DNA of 63,644 bases, filler included, from Octopus bimaculoides (Eukaryota), in NCBI RefSeq assembly GCF_001194135.2. It is 5 parts of 5 records of this genome, joined end to end, with 100 filler letters (N's around TTAATTAATTAA, not from the genome) between each part and the next. Parts side by side here need not be neighbours in the genome. Positions count along the whole stretch, not along the records: positions 1 to 16,949 come from NC_069002.1; 4 more parts are not named here. One strand, written 5' to 3'. Shown in pieces: positions 1-12,969 of this stretch (the stretch's first letter is position 1; each line of letters begins with the position of its first letter). The notes below the pieces were generated by a model. That model saw nothing but the letters and a program-made list of their open reading frames with translations. It did not search any database and was not told where the DNA came from. Made by a program: the position numbers and the translations under genes.

Positions 1-99
1 TATATATTGTTGTATTTCGGGATGGTCATTTTGGGGGGTAGGGGTAAATAAGCACACGCACTCTATATTCGTTCTTCACTCGTTTATTACTGTTCTTAT

Positions 100-313
100 T
101 TCTTTTCTACCCACAAGGGGCTACACACAGAGGGGACAGACAAACGGATTAAGTCGATTATATTGTTCCTCAGTGTGTAACTGGTATTTATTTAATCGAC
201 CCCGAAAGGATGAAAGGTAAAGTCGACTTCGCCGGAATTTGAACGTAGCAGCAGACAAAATACGGCTAAACATTTCGCCCGGCGTGCTAACGTTTCTGCC
301 AGCTCGCCGCCTT
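100..313 (-). mobile_element. tRNA-derived SINE family A (head ggcgagctggcagaaacgttagc)
   Basis: A-box-like tggcagaaacgtt and B-box-like gttcaaat on the minus strand, followed by the shared core gtcgactttgcctttcatccttt...gtcgat...aagtaccag. Other copies at approximately 5745-5890, 14049-14192, 14231-14371, 28776-29010, 37268-37430, 52901-53105 and 54825-54950. Confidence 0.75.
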
Positions 314-739
314 TTACTGTTCTTATTCTAACTCATGTCTACCGTCCGGAAATCTTTCGTCACACATCTGTGACCTCCTCAGCCACACTTTCCGTCTTCG
401 CGTGTGCTCCTGCTCAGTTTAATCCACTGTCAGAGTTAGAATAAGAACAGTAATAAACGGATGAAGAACGAACATATAGTGTGTGGTTTATTTGGCATAA
501 AAAATTTTTTAAATGACCATCCCGAAATACAACAATATCTGTTCCAACACACGACTCCACATCAGGAATCTTGCGACATAAATTCATAAGCGTATATATA
601 TATATATTTATATATATTTGGCAATCCCTCGTTTTCGGTCTCAGACTTGTAATAATTGGCAATTTCCATGAAATTTTTTTTTATATTTATTTTGGTGACT
701 TCCATATTCATGACTTGAATAGTGAAACTCACTCGCACA

Positions 740-1710
740 ATCATCATCATCATCATCATCATCATCGTTTAACGTCTGCTTTCCATGCTAGCATGGGTTG
801 GACGATTTGACTGAGGACTGGTGCAACCGGATGGCTACACCAGGCTCCAATCTAATTTGGCAGAGTTTCTACAGCTGGATGCCCTTCCTAACGCCAACCA
901 CTCAGAGAGTGTAGTGGGTGCTTTTACGTGTCACCCGCACGAAAACGGCCACACTCGAAATGGTGTCTTTTATGTGCCACCCGCACAAGAGCCAGTCCAG
1001 GGGCACTGGCAACGATCTCACTTGGCTTGCCGGGTCTTCTCACGCACAGCACNNNNNNNNNNNNNNNNNNNNNNNNNNNNNNNNNNNNNNNNNNNNNNNN
1101 NNNNNNNNNNNNNNNNNNNNNNNNNNNNNNNNNNNNNNNNNNNNNNNNNNNNNNNNNNNNNNNNNNNNNNNNNNNNNNNNNNNNNNNNNNNNNNNNNNNN
1201 NNNNNNNNNNNNNNNNNNNNNNNNNNNNNNNNNNNNNNNNNNNNNNNNNNNNNNNNNNNNNNNNNNNNNNNNNNNNNNNNNNNNNNNNNNNNNNNNNNNN
1301 NNNNNNNNNNNNNNNNNNNNNNNNNNNNNNNNNNNNNNNNNNNNNNNNNNNNNNNNNNNNNNNNNNNNNNNNNNNNNNNNTCCTCATTCAATCTCACCAT
1401 ATGTCCAAACCAGCGCAATTGTCTCTCTTGCACACCACTACTGACGCTTCTTATGTTCAGCTTTTCTCTCAAGATACTTACACTCTGACGGGTATGCACA
1501 TTTACATTACACATCCAGCGGAGCATACTGGCTTCATTCCTTGCGAGCTTACGCATGTCCTCAGCAGTCACAGCCCATGTTTCACTGCCATGTAGCATGG
1601 CTGTTCGTACACATGCATCATACAGTCTGCCTTTTACCCTGAGTGAGAGTCCCTTTGTCGCCAGCAGAGGTAAGAGCTCTCTAAACTTGGCCCAGGCTGT
1701 ATGTACATGT
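740..1710 (-). mobile_element. RTE-clade LINE 3' portion (RT C-terminus plus 3' UTR with (GAT)n tail), spans a gap
   Basis: Translation ...KGRLYDACVRTAMLHGSETW...LRWMC...LRWFGHMVR is the typical RTE thumb/C-terminus. The 3' end ccaacccatgctagcatggaaagc.gacgttaaacgatgatgatg lies at about 740-810. Confidence 0.85.
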
Positions 1711-2418
1711 ATATGAAAGACAAGGGTGGACTTAAGAGGTGAACTGAGGGGCACGTGCCCCCCACCTCTAGAAAAGAAGTGTGCCCTTCTAAATAATGTA
1801 ATTAACCCTTTTCTCCTGGAATGGTATTCCCTTCTGACCTTGTGCCCTCTCTCCAAAAACTTCCAGGGACCGCACCTGAAAGACAATGTGTGTCTGTGAG
1901 CATGCTACCCTCTGTTTTACTTTGTGGGCGCTCACATGTACATCTGTTATCTTTCATATACATGTACATTCATAAATAACAACACACGGGGGTTGAATTG
2001 CATGTTATAGTAGAAGGCAGAAAGCCTAAATGCGACATTTGTGGGGTCACAAGCCTCCTCAGTGCCTTCTGCTCCCCAAAAGATAGGAGGCACGAAGCCA
2101 ATCCCACTATCTAAACAAACCCTCAACAACAGCAACAACAGTAATAATATGCCACACATGCAGCCTCATCTTCAGGTGAAGCACAAAGACAACAGAGATA
2201 ACCACCCAGGGTCTCTCCCAAACAAGCACTCTATCTTCCCCTCTCTCAAGCACACGGTCACACAAACACAAGTACACGTATGCACCCCCAAGACACTGGT
2301 TCCTCCACATCCTGTAGCAAAGATGAGGGGCCACAAAAAACAAAAAAAAAAGACAACGCAAAAGAAAAGGACCTGCCCCTACATCAATACTTGAAAGCTC
2401 CAGTGTAAAGAACACATC

Positions 2419-2885
2419 ATCATCGGTTAACGTCTGCTTTCCATGCTAGCATGGGTTGGACGATTTGACTGAGGACTGGTGAACCAGGCTCCAATCTGAT
2501 TTGGCAGAGTTTCTACAGCTGGATGCCCTTCCTAACGCCAACCACTCAGAGAGTGTAGTGGGTGCTTTTACGTGCCACCGGCACGAAGGCCAGTCAGGCG
2601 GTACTGGCAACAGCCACACTCAAAATGGTGTGTTTTACGTGCCACCTGCACAGGAGCCAGTCCAGCAGCACTGGCAACGATCTCGCTTGAATGTCTTTAA
2701 ACGTGCCAGGAAGGCAACGCTGGGCACAGGTGCCATCATGATTTCTCTTTCGCTTGCCCCAATAGGTCTTCGCAAGCTGAGTTTAGTGTTCAATGAGAGA
2801 GACATTGGTATGGGTGCCAGTCGTCGAATTTAGTTTGATTTCGATTTCACTTGCCTCAACAGGTCTTCGCAAGTGGAGTTTAGTG
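2419..2885 (-). mobile_element. RTE LINE 3'-end copy (abundant family)
   Basis: Same 3' terminus as 740-1050. Further copies at approximately 6788-6945, 7497-7780, 9078-9365, 14610-15222 and 16070-16200 (minus), and 8040-8170 and 11258-11465 (plus). Confidence 0.75.
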
Positions 2886-2929
2886 TCCAATGAAGGAAAG
2901 GTACGCATAAGTGGACTGGCTGCACCCCT

Positions 2930-3995
2930 GGCAGAGGCATGTCTAAACATCACACCCAACAACACTATTGCAACCCCACCTCGCTCCATAAAGAAAGCAC
3001 ACACAACAGTCAGCCACAGAGCCAACAAAAATTTGATGGTTCTCATAGCTGGAAATAATGAAATTGAGAAAGGGAATGCAATATGACACCAGCACCCTTA
3101 GGGTTATGGAAAGTTTAATGTTGGTACAAATGCCAGTAGAGACTTACATAAGCATCGGGGAGACTTTCCCCAATGACGTGAGAAACCCTGATGTCGAGGC
3201 CACTAACAGACTTTTGCAGGGTTTTGTAGAGAAACCACAACCAGATATGGAGCCTGGGGCAGTGAGCTGCTGACAGTACCGGAAAGGTAAGTAACCCTGC
3301 TCCTTTTTTTTTTCTCTCAACACTTTCAGGCCAACATGTGGTTATCTGAGTGAGTTGTATAAATGTATGTGGCCTGAGGTCACCCTGGAAGCAAGGTCGC
3401 TTGCTCAATGGCCTCAGGTCACTCAGGTTGGATGTGATAGCAGCCAGTGAGACCAGGATTTCTAAAACACACAAACTAGCCCCTGTTTTTGAATATTTTG
3501 TGAACTATGCATCTCTTAGTTGGCCTGGATCTCAAAGTATGGATGATCTTCCTGGATCCAGAGGGCAAGTCGGTGGTCCTGGATATGAGCAACAGCAAAG
3601 GTGGTACCTTCAAACTAGTCACTGTATGCACTTCAACAGGGGTGGGGCAGCCAGATTTCTATTGAAGGTTTTCTTTGGGATGTCATGCTCTTTAGTGCTA
3701 GTGGGCAAATGGAATGCTATCTTGAGCACATGCCTAGACAGGGTGGGGCTAGCTGATAGAAGGAGGTGTAAAAGCCTCACAAATCTGCTCAGTTGCTTGA
3801 CAGGTACCAACTGGATTTCTCAAATGCACCTATGTGGGCATGGGCAAACCGCAAAGGGTTTTCCAGATCATATCTGGATAGAATATTTTGTAGGCCTGTA
3901 GACAGAAGTGGTATAAGTTTTCTGGAGCTCAAAGTTCTCAGCTACACAGACCACAAATCTGTGATCTGTAGGGTTGACATACATAAGAACTGAAC
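2930..3995 (+). mobile_element. L1/Tx1-like LINE remnant, AP endonuclease (degenerate)
   Basis: INVCGLR...LDVIAASETR...LVGKWNAIL...WAWAN...RSYLDRIF...YTDHKSV are the APE motifs (NV.GL, ET, GDFNA, SRLDR, SDH), broken by frameshifts. Confidence 0.8.
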
Positions 3996-4698
3996 TAGCA
4001 AAGCCAGGAGTCACACCAGGTACCATTGCTTGTTTTGGCTTGGTTTCTATGGCTGGATGCCCTTCCTAATTCCAACCACTTTACAGAGTGTACTGGGTGC
4101 TTTTTACATGGCACCATCACCCATGCTTATTACATGGCACCAGCAACCACACCATGCTTTTTAAATGGAACCTTGGTTTTAGAATCTCAATTCTGTGGCA
4201 GTGGGCAAGTCTTTTCAAGTACTCTATCATCTCCTTCAAAAGGTTCCATGTTTTGAGATCAGCCTTTACTCTGCTGTCTCGCACCAAAAATCTCTATCTG
4301 GTTCTGTCCATCAGGTACAATTCATTCCCTCAAAACGGGGCACTGCTTTAAAGGATTTTAGTGAAACAACTTGACCCCAAGACTTTTTTTCTTTTTAAAG
4401 CCTAGTACTCATTCTGTTGGTCTTTTTTTGCCAAACCACTAAGTTGTGGGGACAAAAACAGACCAACACCGGTTGTTAAGCAGTGGTGGGGGACAAACAC
4501 ACATATATATATACAACAGACATCTCTCAGTTTCTATCAACCAAATCTACTCACAAGGCTTTGACCAGCCCAAAGTTATAGTAAAAGACACTTACTCAAG
4601 GTGCCATGCAGTGGGACTGAACCTGGAACCATGTGGTTGGGAAGCAAGCATGCTTCTTACCACACAACCATGTCTGCGCCTATGTGTATGTTGTTTTT

Positions 4699-4735
<37 letters not shown>

Positions 4736-4752
4736 AACACAAACACACATAT

Positions 4753-4785
<33 letters not shown>

Positions 4786-5125
4786 AAAACACAAACACAT
4801 ATACACACACACACACATATATATATATATACACACAATATATATTATTGAGCTGTTTTACTGTTGGATGCCCTTGCCCCCAACCCCCCTTAAACCATAC
4901 CTGTTTTCAAAAAACAAAAACAAAAATTTGACTTCAGTTATGTATTTTATTCTTTTTCTTTTGTTTTGTGCCTGTTTTTTTTAATAAAAATCTGATTCCA
5001 AATGTCCATACCAACAGCATCAGATCCTTCCCCTCCGTCCTGCTTCAAGCAACACTTATTTTTCATGTCCTTGGTGCTGTGATGAAATTTCTACAAACAA
5101 TGAATGGAAATATAGTGATGGCAGC

Positions 5126-5282
5126 TCAATCCAGTTCATTTACATATTGCTTTGCTTTCTCGCGCACAGCTTCTTGGCTTTCTTTGTCACCGTTTTTCTC
5201 TTCAAAGTCCAAATAACGTTTGTAGAAGAATTTCATTTTGCGAGAGGAAAGCCTCAAGTTTGTTACTCGTTGAAAGAGATGC
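5126..5282 (-). CDS. PDCD11: RRP5/PDCD11 rRNA biogenesis protein, terminal coding exon (HAT/TPR C-terminus)
   Basis: Minus strand tctttcag|g cat ctc... translates HLFQRVTNLRLSSRKMKFFYKRYLDFEEKNGDKESQEAVREKAKQYVNELD* (stop tga at 5128-5126). This matches the conserved RRP5 end motif (IFERV...KRMKFFFKRYLDYEK...VKAKALEYV). Confidence 0.93.
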
Positions 5283-5325
5283 CTGAAAGAATTGTCAGAA
5301 AAAAAGAGAAATTAATGTAAAATAA

Positions 5326-5674
5326 CCAAAGGTGGGTGCCATTAATTGAAAAGTTAACTATTAATCTGTTAACCAAAAAGTTAACTTCGATAACTGTTAA
5401 TCAGTTGATTATTTCCAAATGTAATGGAAGTTATTGATAAACCGTTAACGTTAATTTTTATAGAAAAAAATTTTTTTTCATCATTTTTGCTTTAAAACCA
5501 CATCTAAACACCTTTAATAAGTGCCAAAACTATAAAATCCGTTAACTTCAATTCAATTGAAGTTAATTAGTCTAATAACGATTTCCAAAGTTAACTTAAA
5601 AGTCAAATTGTTTACGAAAATGTTAACTTCATTAATTAACAATTAATGGATTAACGGTTTGATGCCCAGGTTTG
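5326..5674. mobile_element. Probable hAT-like MITE with repeated GTTAAC subterminal motifs
   Basis: At least six exact gttaac sites. The ends caaaggtgggtgcc and gatgcccaggtttg are imperfectly complementary. Confidence 0.45.
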
Positions 5675-6196
5675 AAAATAATATATAAGAGATCATTAAC
5701 AACATGATAATGACGAAGATGACAATGATGACAATAATAATCCTTTCTGTTATAGCACAAGGCCTGAAATTTTGAGGGGAGGGAACTATTCGATTACATT
5801 TACCCCAGCACTTGACTGGTACTTTATTTTATCAACCTTGAAAGGATGAAAAGCAAAGTTGACCTTGGTAAGATTTGAACTCAGAATGTAAAGCCAGAAG
5901 AAATATCACAAGGTATAAATCATCATGTTTTAGCCAAAAATACACAATGTGTGAGAGCAAAAATAACTTATCTTATTGACCCTGAACGGGTGAATGTAGA
6001 GATGGACAGAACACCGTTGAGCATTTCCTCCAGTGTACTAACGATCCTGCCAGCTCATCAACTTAATCATAACAATGATGACAATAGCGAAAAATGTGAC
6101 CATGTATCCTATGTATGCCAAAACTTGAGTATAAAACAAGAAGAATATTCGAACCGGATATGGTTGGTTTAAATGCTTAAAGATTGTGTTGTTGTT

Positions 6197-6560
6197 GTTG
6201 GCACTCCGTCACTTACGACGTCGAGAGTTCCAGTTAATCCGATCAACAGAACAGCCTGTTCGTGAAATTAACGTGCAAGTGGCTGAGCACTCCACAGACA
6301 CGTCTACCCTTAACGTAGTTCTCGGGGATATTCAGCGTGACACAGTGTGACAAGGCTGACCCTTTGAATTACAGGTACAACAGAAACAGGAAGTAAGAGT
6401 GAGAGAAAGCTGTGGTGAAAGAGTACAGCAGGGTTCGCCACCATCCCTTGCCGGAGCCTCGTGGAGCTTTAGGTGTTTTCGCTCAATAAACACTCACAAC
6501 GCCCGGTCGGGGAATCGAAACCGCGATCCTATGACCGCGAGTCCGCTGCCCTAACCACTG
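6197..6560 (-). mobile_element. tRNA-derived SINE family B
   Basis: Near-identical to 13517-13898. The minus-strand head cagtggttagggcagcggactcgcggtcataggatcgcggtttcgattcc carries A and B boxes. Confidence 0.8.
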
Positions 6561-8419
6561 ATTAACCAAAGATTAAACAACANNNNNNNNNNNNNNNNNN
6601 NNNNNNNNNNNNNNNNNNNNNNNNNNNNNNNNNNNNNNNNNNNNNNNNNNNNNNNNNNNNNNNNNNNNNNNNNNNNNNNNNNNNNNNNNNNNNNNNNNNN
6701 NNNNNNNNNNNNNNNNNNNNNNNNNNNNNNNNNNNNNNNNNNNNNNNNNNNNNNNNNNNNNNNNNNNNNNNNNNNNNNNNNNNNNGTCATCATCATCATC
6801 ATCATTTAACGTCCGCTTTCCATGCTAGCATGGGTTGGACGATTTGACTGAGGACTGGTGCAACCAGATGGCTACACCAGGCTCCAATCTAATTTGGCAG
6901 AGTTTCTACAGCTGGATGCCCTTCCTAACGCCAACCACTCAGAGAGTTGTATTTGTAATAAATGTAATGAGACGTGGCTGTGTGGTTAAGAAGTTTGGTT
7001 GCCAACCAGATGGTTCTGGGTTCAGTCCCATTGAACAGGCGAGTGTTTTCTAATACAGTCCTCGGCTGGTCAAAGCCTTGTGAGTGGATTTGCATGTGTG
7101 TGTGATTGTGTGAATGTGTGTATATGGAGGTGTGTGTATGCTTGTTTTCCCTTGTCTTGAAATTGTGAAATTGTGTGATAGCTGTAAATGAGCATAACCG
7201 TTATACAAGTGGTGTCATTCCTTTCCAATATTCAGCAGAAGGGATATCTGGCTTGAAAACAGGTGAAGGTTAGCAACAGGAAGGGCATCCAGCCATAGAA
7301 AGTCTGCCTCAATAAACTCCATCTGACTCATGCAAGCATTAAAATTTTATATATATATATTTTATATAAGAACATTAAAATGTTATATATATACATACAT
7401 GCAGGGTGAGCCAAAAAAAACACACAAAATAAGTTCAATAAGTTCCGGAATTGCCAAAGACATGCTTCAATTTTTCTAAAATTGAATAAAATCATCATCA
7501 CCATCATCATTTAATGTCCGCCTCTTATACTGGCATAGATTGGATGGTTTGACCGAGGGCTGGCAAACCTGAAGGCTATACCAGACTCCAATATGATCTG
7601 GTAGGTTTCTACAGCTGGATGACCTTTCTAATGCCAACAACTCTGAGAGTGTAGTGGGTGCTTTTTATGTGCCACCGGCATGAAGGCCAGTCAGGCGGTA
7701 CCGGCATTGACCATGCTTGAATGGTGCTTTTTACATGCCACTTGCATGGGAGCCAGTCAGGCAGTACTGGCAACGACCAAATGATGAATATACATGTACT
7801 TGAGAATGATGAACAAAATGAATAACAATGTGAGAAAGGATTTTCAGATGTTGGGCCTCACAGAGAGGATGACAGGGGACCAAGATACCTGGCGGTTTGC
7901 TGTGCTTGAGAAGATATGTTAAGCTAAGTAAGAGCATGGTTGTCCTTACATGCCTCTCCAGCTGAGCGTGACACATAAAAAACATCTGTATTAGTGTTAT
8001 GTCAACACACTCATGCAGGGTCAGCTTAGAAACACCCAGTACACTCTGTAAAGTGGTTGGCATTAGGAAGGGCATCCAGAGGTAGAAACTGTGCTAAAAC
8101 AGACATGGAGCCTGGGTAGCTCCTGTCAAACCGTCCAACCCACGCCAGCATGGAAAACAGATTATGATGATGAACATAATATAAATAGAATGCAAAATGC
8201 ATTCCTTGTTAGCGTAAAGCTCACCGTACAACAGCTGTCTGGGTACACGGTTGTCAGTCATTCTGATGACAAGTCCAGTCCAGTGTAACTAAGCCTTCAG
8301 CAACTTTGACTCAATGCTTGTTGAACAAGCTCTGTCCTGCACTTCTTGGTCTGTCACACTGTCCTGCCATATATACATATATATATATGTATATATATAC
8401 ATATATATGTATGTATATA

Positions 8420-8822
8420 CATTCTTTTATTCTTTTAGTTGTTTCAGTCATTTGACTGCGGCCATGCTGGAGCACTGCCTTAGAGGGTTTTAGTCAAAGA
8501 AATCAAGCCCAGGACATATTCTTTGTAAGCCTAGTACTTATTCTATCGGTTTACTTTTGCTGAACTGCTAGTTTAGAGGGACATAAACACGCCAGCACTG
8601 GTTGTCAAGTGATGGTGGGGAGCAGCAGACAAACACAGACAGACACACAGATATACATACGATGGGCTTCTTTCAGTTTCCATCTACCAAATCCACTCAC
8701 AAGGCTTTGGCTGTCCCAAGGCTATAGTAGAAGACAACTTGCCCAAGGTGTCCATGTGATGGGACTGAACCCAGAACCATGCGGTTTGGAAGCAACCTTC
8801 TTACCACACAGCCACATCTGCA
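8420..8822 (-). mobile_element. tRNA-derived CORE-like SINE family C
   Basis: Head gtggtaagaag.ttgcttcc...ggttcagtccc, CORE-like accttgggcaag.tgtcttctactatagcc, and tail ccagcatggccgcagtcaaatgactgaaac. Other copies at approximately 4340-4685, 6970-7090, 11790-11945, 12652-13208, 23440-23820 and 61405-61830. Confidence 0.7.
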
Positions 8823-8824
8823 CC

Positions 8825-8856
<32 letters not shown>

Positions 8857-9417
8857 TATATATGAATGTATGACTGTGCATACCCTTGTCCTGACAACCA
8901 TCCCTGTCATACAAACAGTTTTGTTCATTTCCAGTCTGTTGTGTAAAGCATGCCTGGCCATTGGGAAGCATTACCTTGCTTGGAAGCAGTTGAGGGTTGG
9001 TGACAGGAAAGGCACCCAGCTCTAGAAAATCCGCCTTAACAAATTCTGTCTGACCCATGCAAACATGGCAAAGTGAATCATCATCATCGTTTAATGTCCG
9101 CTTTCCATGCTAGCATGGGTTGGACGATTTGACCGAGGACTGGCGAACCAGATGCCTACACCAGGCTCCAATCTGATTTGGCAGAGTTTCTACAGCTGGA
9201 TGCCCTTCCTGACGCCAACCACTCCGAGAGTGTAGTGGGTGCGTTTACGTGCGACCGGCATGAGGGCCAGTCTGTTGGTACTGGCAACGACCATGCTCAA
9301 ATGGTGTTTTTACGTGCCACCTACATAGGAGTAAGTCCAGCAGCACTGGCAACGACCTCACTCAAATGTATCTAAATAAAACTCTGATTAAAATGAGATT
9401 GAAATGTCAAGACTTAC

Positions 9418-9571
9418 GATTTTTCTTGTCGATGACCTGTACAGCTTTTTCAATCAGTTCCCTTCCTTGCTCCAAGAAACCATTTTTGAAGCAAAATATG
9501 GCAAAATGAATCCAGACATCCTTCTCTTTACGGAACCGTTTCAGTAAAATATCATAAACATCCCTTGCTGC
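9418..9571 (-). CDS. PDCD11: RRP5/PDCD11 exon, HAT repeat
   Basis: Acceptor ttttacag and donor gtaagt; 154 nt, phase 0 to 1. Translates AARDVYDILLKRFRKEKDVWIHFAIFCFKNGFLEQGRELIEKAVQVIDKKN, similar to RRP5 (MLKRFRQEKAVWIKYGAF). Confidence 0.9.
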
Positions 9572-11469
9572 CTGTAAAAGTGGAAACAATTTTGTTACAT
9601 TTACCATTGACAACAACAGTTACAACTGCACACATCTTTCTCTGTCTCTGTCTGTATATATATATATATATACATATCTACATATTTGGATTTCAACATT
9701 TTGTTTAGGCATTGCATGACTAATAACCTTGTGTAGAACTAAATATATACATAGGCTTCAGAACAAAGTGGTAATAAGGAAATGAGATGACAAACGAATA
9801 AAGGATTATCTTATGAACTTCATTAGCTCATAAGACAATCGTTTATTCCTTTGTCATCTCATTTTCTTATTTGTATTTTTATAAACTCTTTATTTCAATG
9901 CCTCCATCCCTCTCAAAGATTCCTTGTTTTGCAAAGTTACTTGGTGACCCCTCCACCACCAGTTCCGGTGCCACTTAAAAGCATCTAGTCCACACTGTAA
10001 AGTGGTTGGCTTTTGGAAGGTCATCCAGCAGTAAAAACCATGCCAAAACTGACCTCCACAATTAGAGTTTGGCACTTCTTTAATTTTATTACCCAAATTA
10101 ATTAAAGCAAAAGGCAGTGCATTTTAGCAAGTATTCAGTAATGAAAAAGTTAACCCTTTCGTTATTATATTTCTGACCAAAATACACCCCTCATGAGTTT
10201 GAATTAAATTCTAAAATAATCATGAATTTAGACTAGTCTCATTAAACACCTGTAACTTTTTTATTTATCAACATATTAATGTGATATTTGGAACATAATT
10301 GAAGAAAGGGTTCTTAATCAATTCTATTGCATAATTTTTGTCTCAAAGTTCTCCACGTACTGGGGTGGGGGGTGTACTGCTAGTGTCTCTCACATGTAAA
10401 TATTGGTTCAGCTTCACAAATCGTACTCGTTCATAATACTCGAAATATATTCATCGCCAAAAGGTTCCTGATCGCTCCAGTAATTTGTTATTCTNNNNNN
10501 NNNNNNNNNNNNNNNNNNNNNNNNNNNNNNNNNNNNNNNNNNNNNNNNNNNNNNNNNNNNNNNNNNNNNNNNNNNNNNNNNNNNNNNNNNNNNNNNNNNN
10601 NNNNNNNNNNNNNNNNNNNNNNNNNNNNNNNNNNNNNNNNNNNNNNNNNNNNNNNNNNNNNNNNNNNNNNNNNNNNNNNNNNNNNNNNNNNNNNNNNNNN
10701 NNNNNNNNNNNNNNNNNNNNNNNNNNNNNNNNNNNNNNNNNNNNNNNNNNNNNNNNNNNNNNNNNNNNNNNNNNNNNNNNNNNNNNNNNNNNNNNNNNNN
10801 NNNNNNNNNNNNNNNNNNNNNNNNNNNNNNNNNNNNNNNNNNNNNNNNNNNNNNNNNNNNNNNNNNNNNNNNNNNNNNNNNNNNNNNNNNNNNNNNNNNN
10901 NNNNNNNNNNNNNNNNNNNNNNNNNNNNNNNNNNNNNNNNNNNNNNNNNNNNNNNNNNNNNNNNNNNNNNNNNNNNNNNNNNNNNNNNNNNNNNNNNNNN
11001 NNNNNNNNNNNNNNNNNNNNNNNNNNNNNNNNNNNNNNNNNNNNNNNNNNNNNNNNNNNNNNNNNNNNNNNNNNNNNNNNNNNNNNNNNNNNNNNNNNNN
11101 NNNNNNNNNNNNNNNNNNNNNNNNNNNNNNNNNNNNNNNNNNNNNNNNNNNNNNNNNNNNNNNNNNNNNNNNNNNNNNNNNNNNNNNNNNNNNNNNNATA
11201 TATCTATAAAAATAAATAAATAAATAAATATATATATATATATATATATATCGCCTGACTGGCCTTCGTGCCGGTGGATGATCCATAAAAGCACCCACTA
11301 CACTCTCGGAGTGGTTGGCGTTAGGAAGGGCATCTAGCTATAGAAACTCTGGCAGATCAGATTGGAGCCTGGTGTAGCCATCGGGTTTCACCAGTCCTCA
11401 GTCAAATCGTCCAACCCATGCTAGCATGGAAAGCAGATGTTAAACGATGATGATGATGATGATGATATC

Positions 11470-11500
<31 letters not shown>

Positions 11501-12905
11501 AAAAGTAAATATATATATCCATGTATATGGTAGCATGGTAGCATCACCATCACTCTACGCCAGCCCGGAGCTAGTAAATCTTGTGTTTCCAACAAGTATC
11601 TGCTTTTCATGCTGGCATGTGTTGTCCTTATTCATTGTGATTTTGAATTCTGCTAGGGGTCACTTTGGTTCCCTTATCCTTCAAAAGTGAATAAAATACG
11701 CATTTACTGAGCATATACGAGCGTCTGGTCAATCAAGCATGTGGCCTTATGCCTAATGTAAAAAAAAAATCTATTAGACATATGCATGACTGTGGTTAAG
11801 AAACCTGCTTTTGCAGTCACGTGGTTTCAGGTTCAATCCCACAGCACAGCACCTTGGACAAGCGCCTTCTACTATACAGACCTGGACTGAGCAATGTGGA
11901 CTTGTGAGTGAATTTGGTAGACAGAAACTATGTGGAAGCCTGTCTTATACATAGATGCATACATAACTGATGTTTGTTGGAGAGACAAGAGCCATCTAGT
12001 CATCCAAGGATGGTTGATGACTTAATTGAATAAACACAAGTATATGCTCAGTAAATATATATTTTGTTTACTTTTGAAGGATAAGGAAATCAAAGCGAGC
12101 TCTTGCAGGATTTGAACTCACAATTGGATGAGGACAACACATGCCAGCATGGAAAGCAGATGTTTGTTGGAGCAACAAAGGCCGTCTAGTCATCCTAGGA
12201 TGGCTGATAACTTGCGTAATGAAAAAGAGTTGCACATCATCAACCTCGCTCTCTCATTCATGGTCATCTTCAGTCCAGTGACAAGACCAGGTCAAGACGA
12301 CCCACGATGGAGGCTGATGCAATGGATGATCAAGATGTCTTATTTGCTATATCATGCTCTCTACACTCCACAATGCATGGCCCTACTTGCCTTGCACGTC
12401 TGTTGAAACAACGGAGGCTTTTTTTGCAGAGATCCAGTCTTCACATGCATAGGCAAGTAAGCCCTAATATGCTAACTAACCCACAGCTGGGATCTTGACA
12501 GGTGCTACTATTACAGGTCAGAATAGACCTGGGATCAATAGTGCTAAGAGGTGCTTCCACACTCCTCAAAATCCTGGAACTCCCAAACTAGGGATGCAGC
12601 TTAAAGTCGTACCCAAGATTACATACACACACACACATACACAAATATATATTCTTTTATTTTTTTTACCTGTTTCAGGCATTTGACTGCGGCCATACTG
12701 GAGCACTGTCTTATGTTTTATTTGAAGAAATCGACCCCAGGACTTATTCTTTGTAAGCCTAGTACTTATTCTATCAGTGTCTTTTACCGAGCTGGCCACT
12801 AAATTACAGGGACATAAATACATCACCGCTGATTGTCAAGCAATGGTATATGTGTGTGTGTGTGTGTGTCTGTGTGTGCGTGTGTGAACAAACACAGACA
12901 CAAAC

Positions 12906-12969
<64 letters not shown>

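Noticed and set aside
10414-11298. Long ORFs in the supplied track spanning N runs (also ~20860-21430, 26615-27310, 32686-33580, 43532-44245, 58251-59391 and 62258-63002)
   Set aside because: Artefacts of translating N as X plus dinucleotide repeats.
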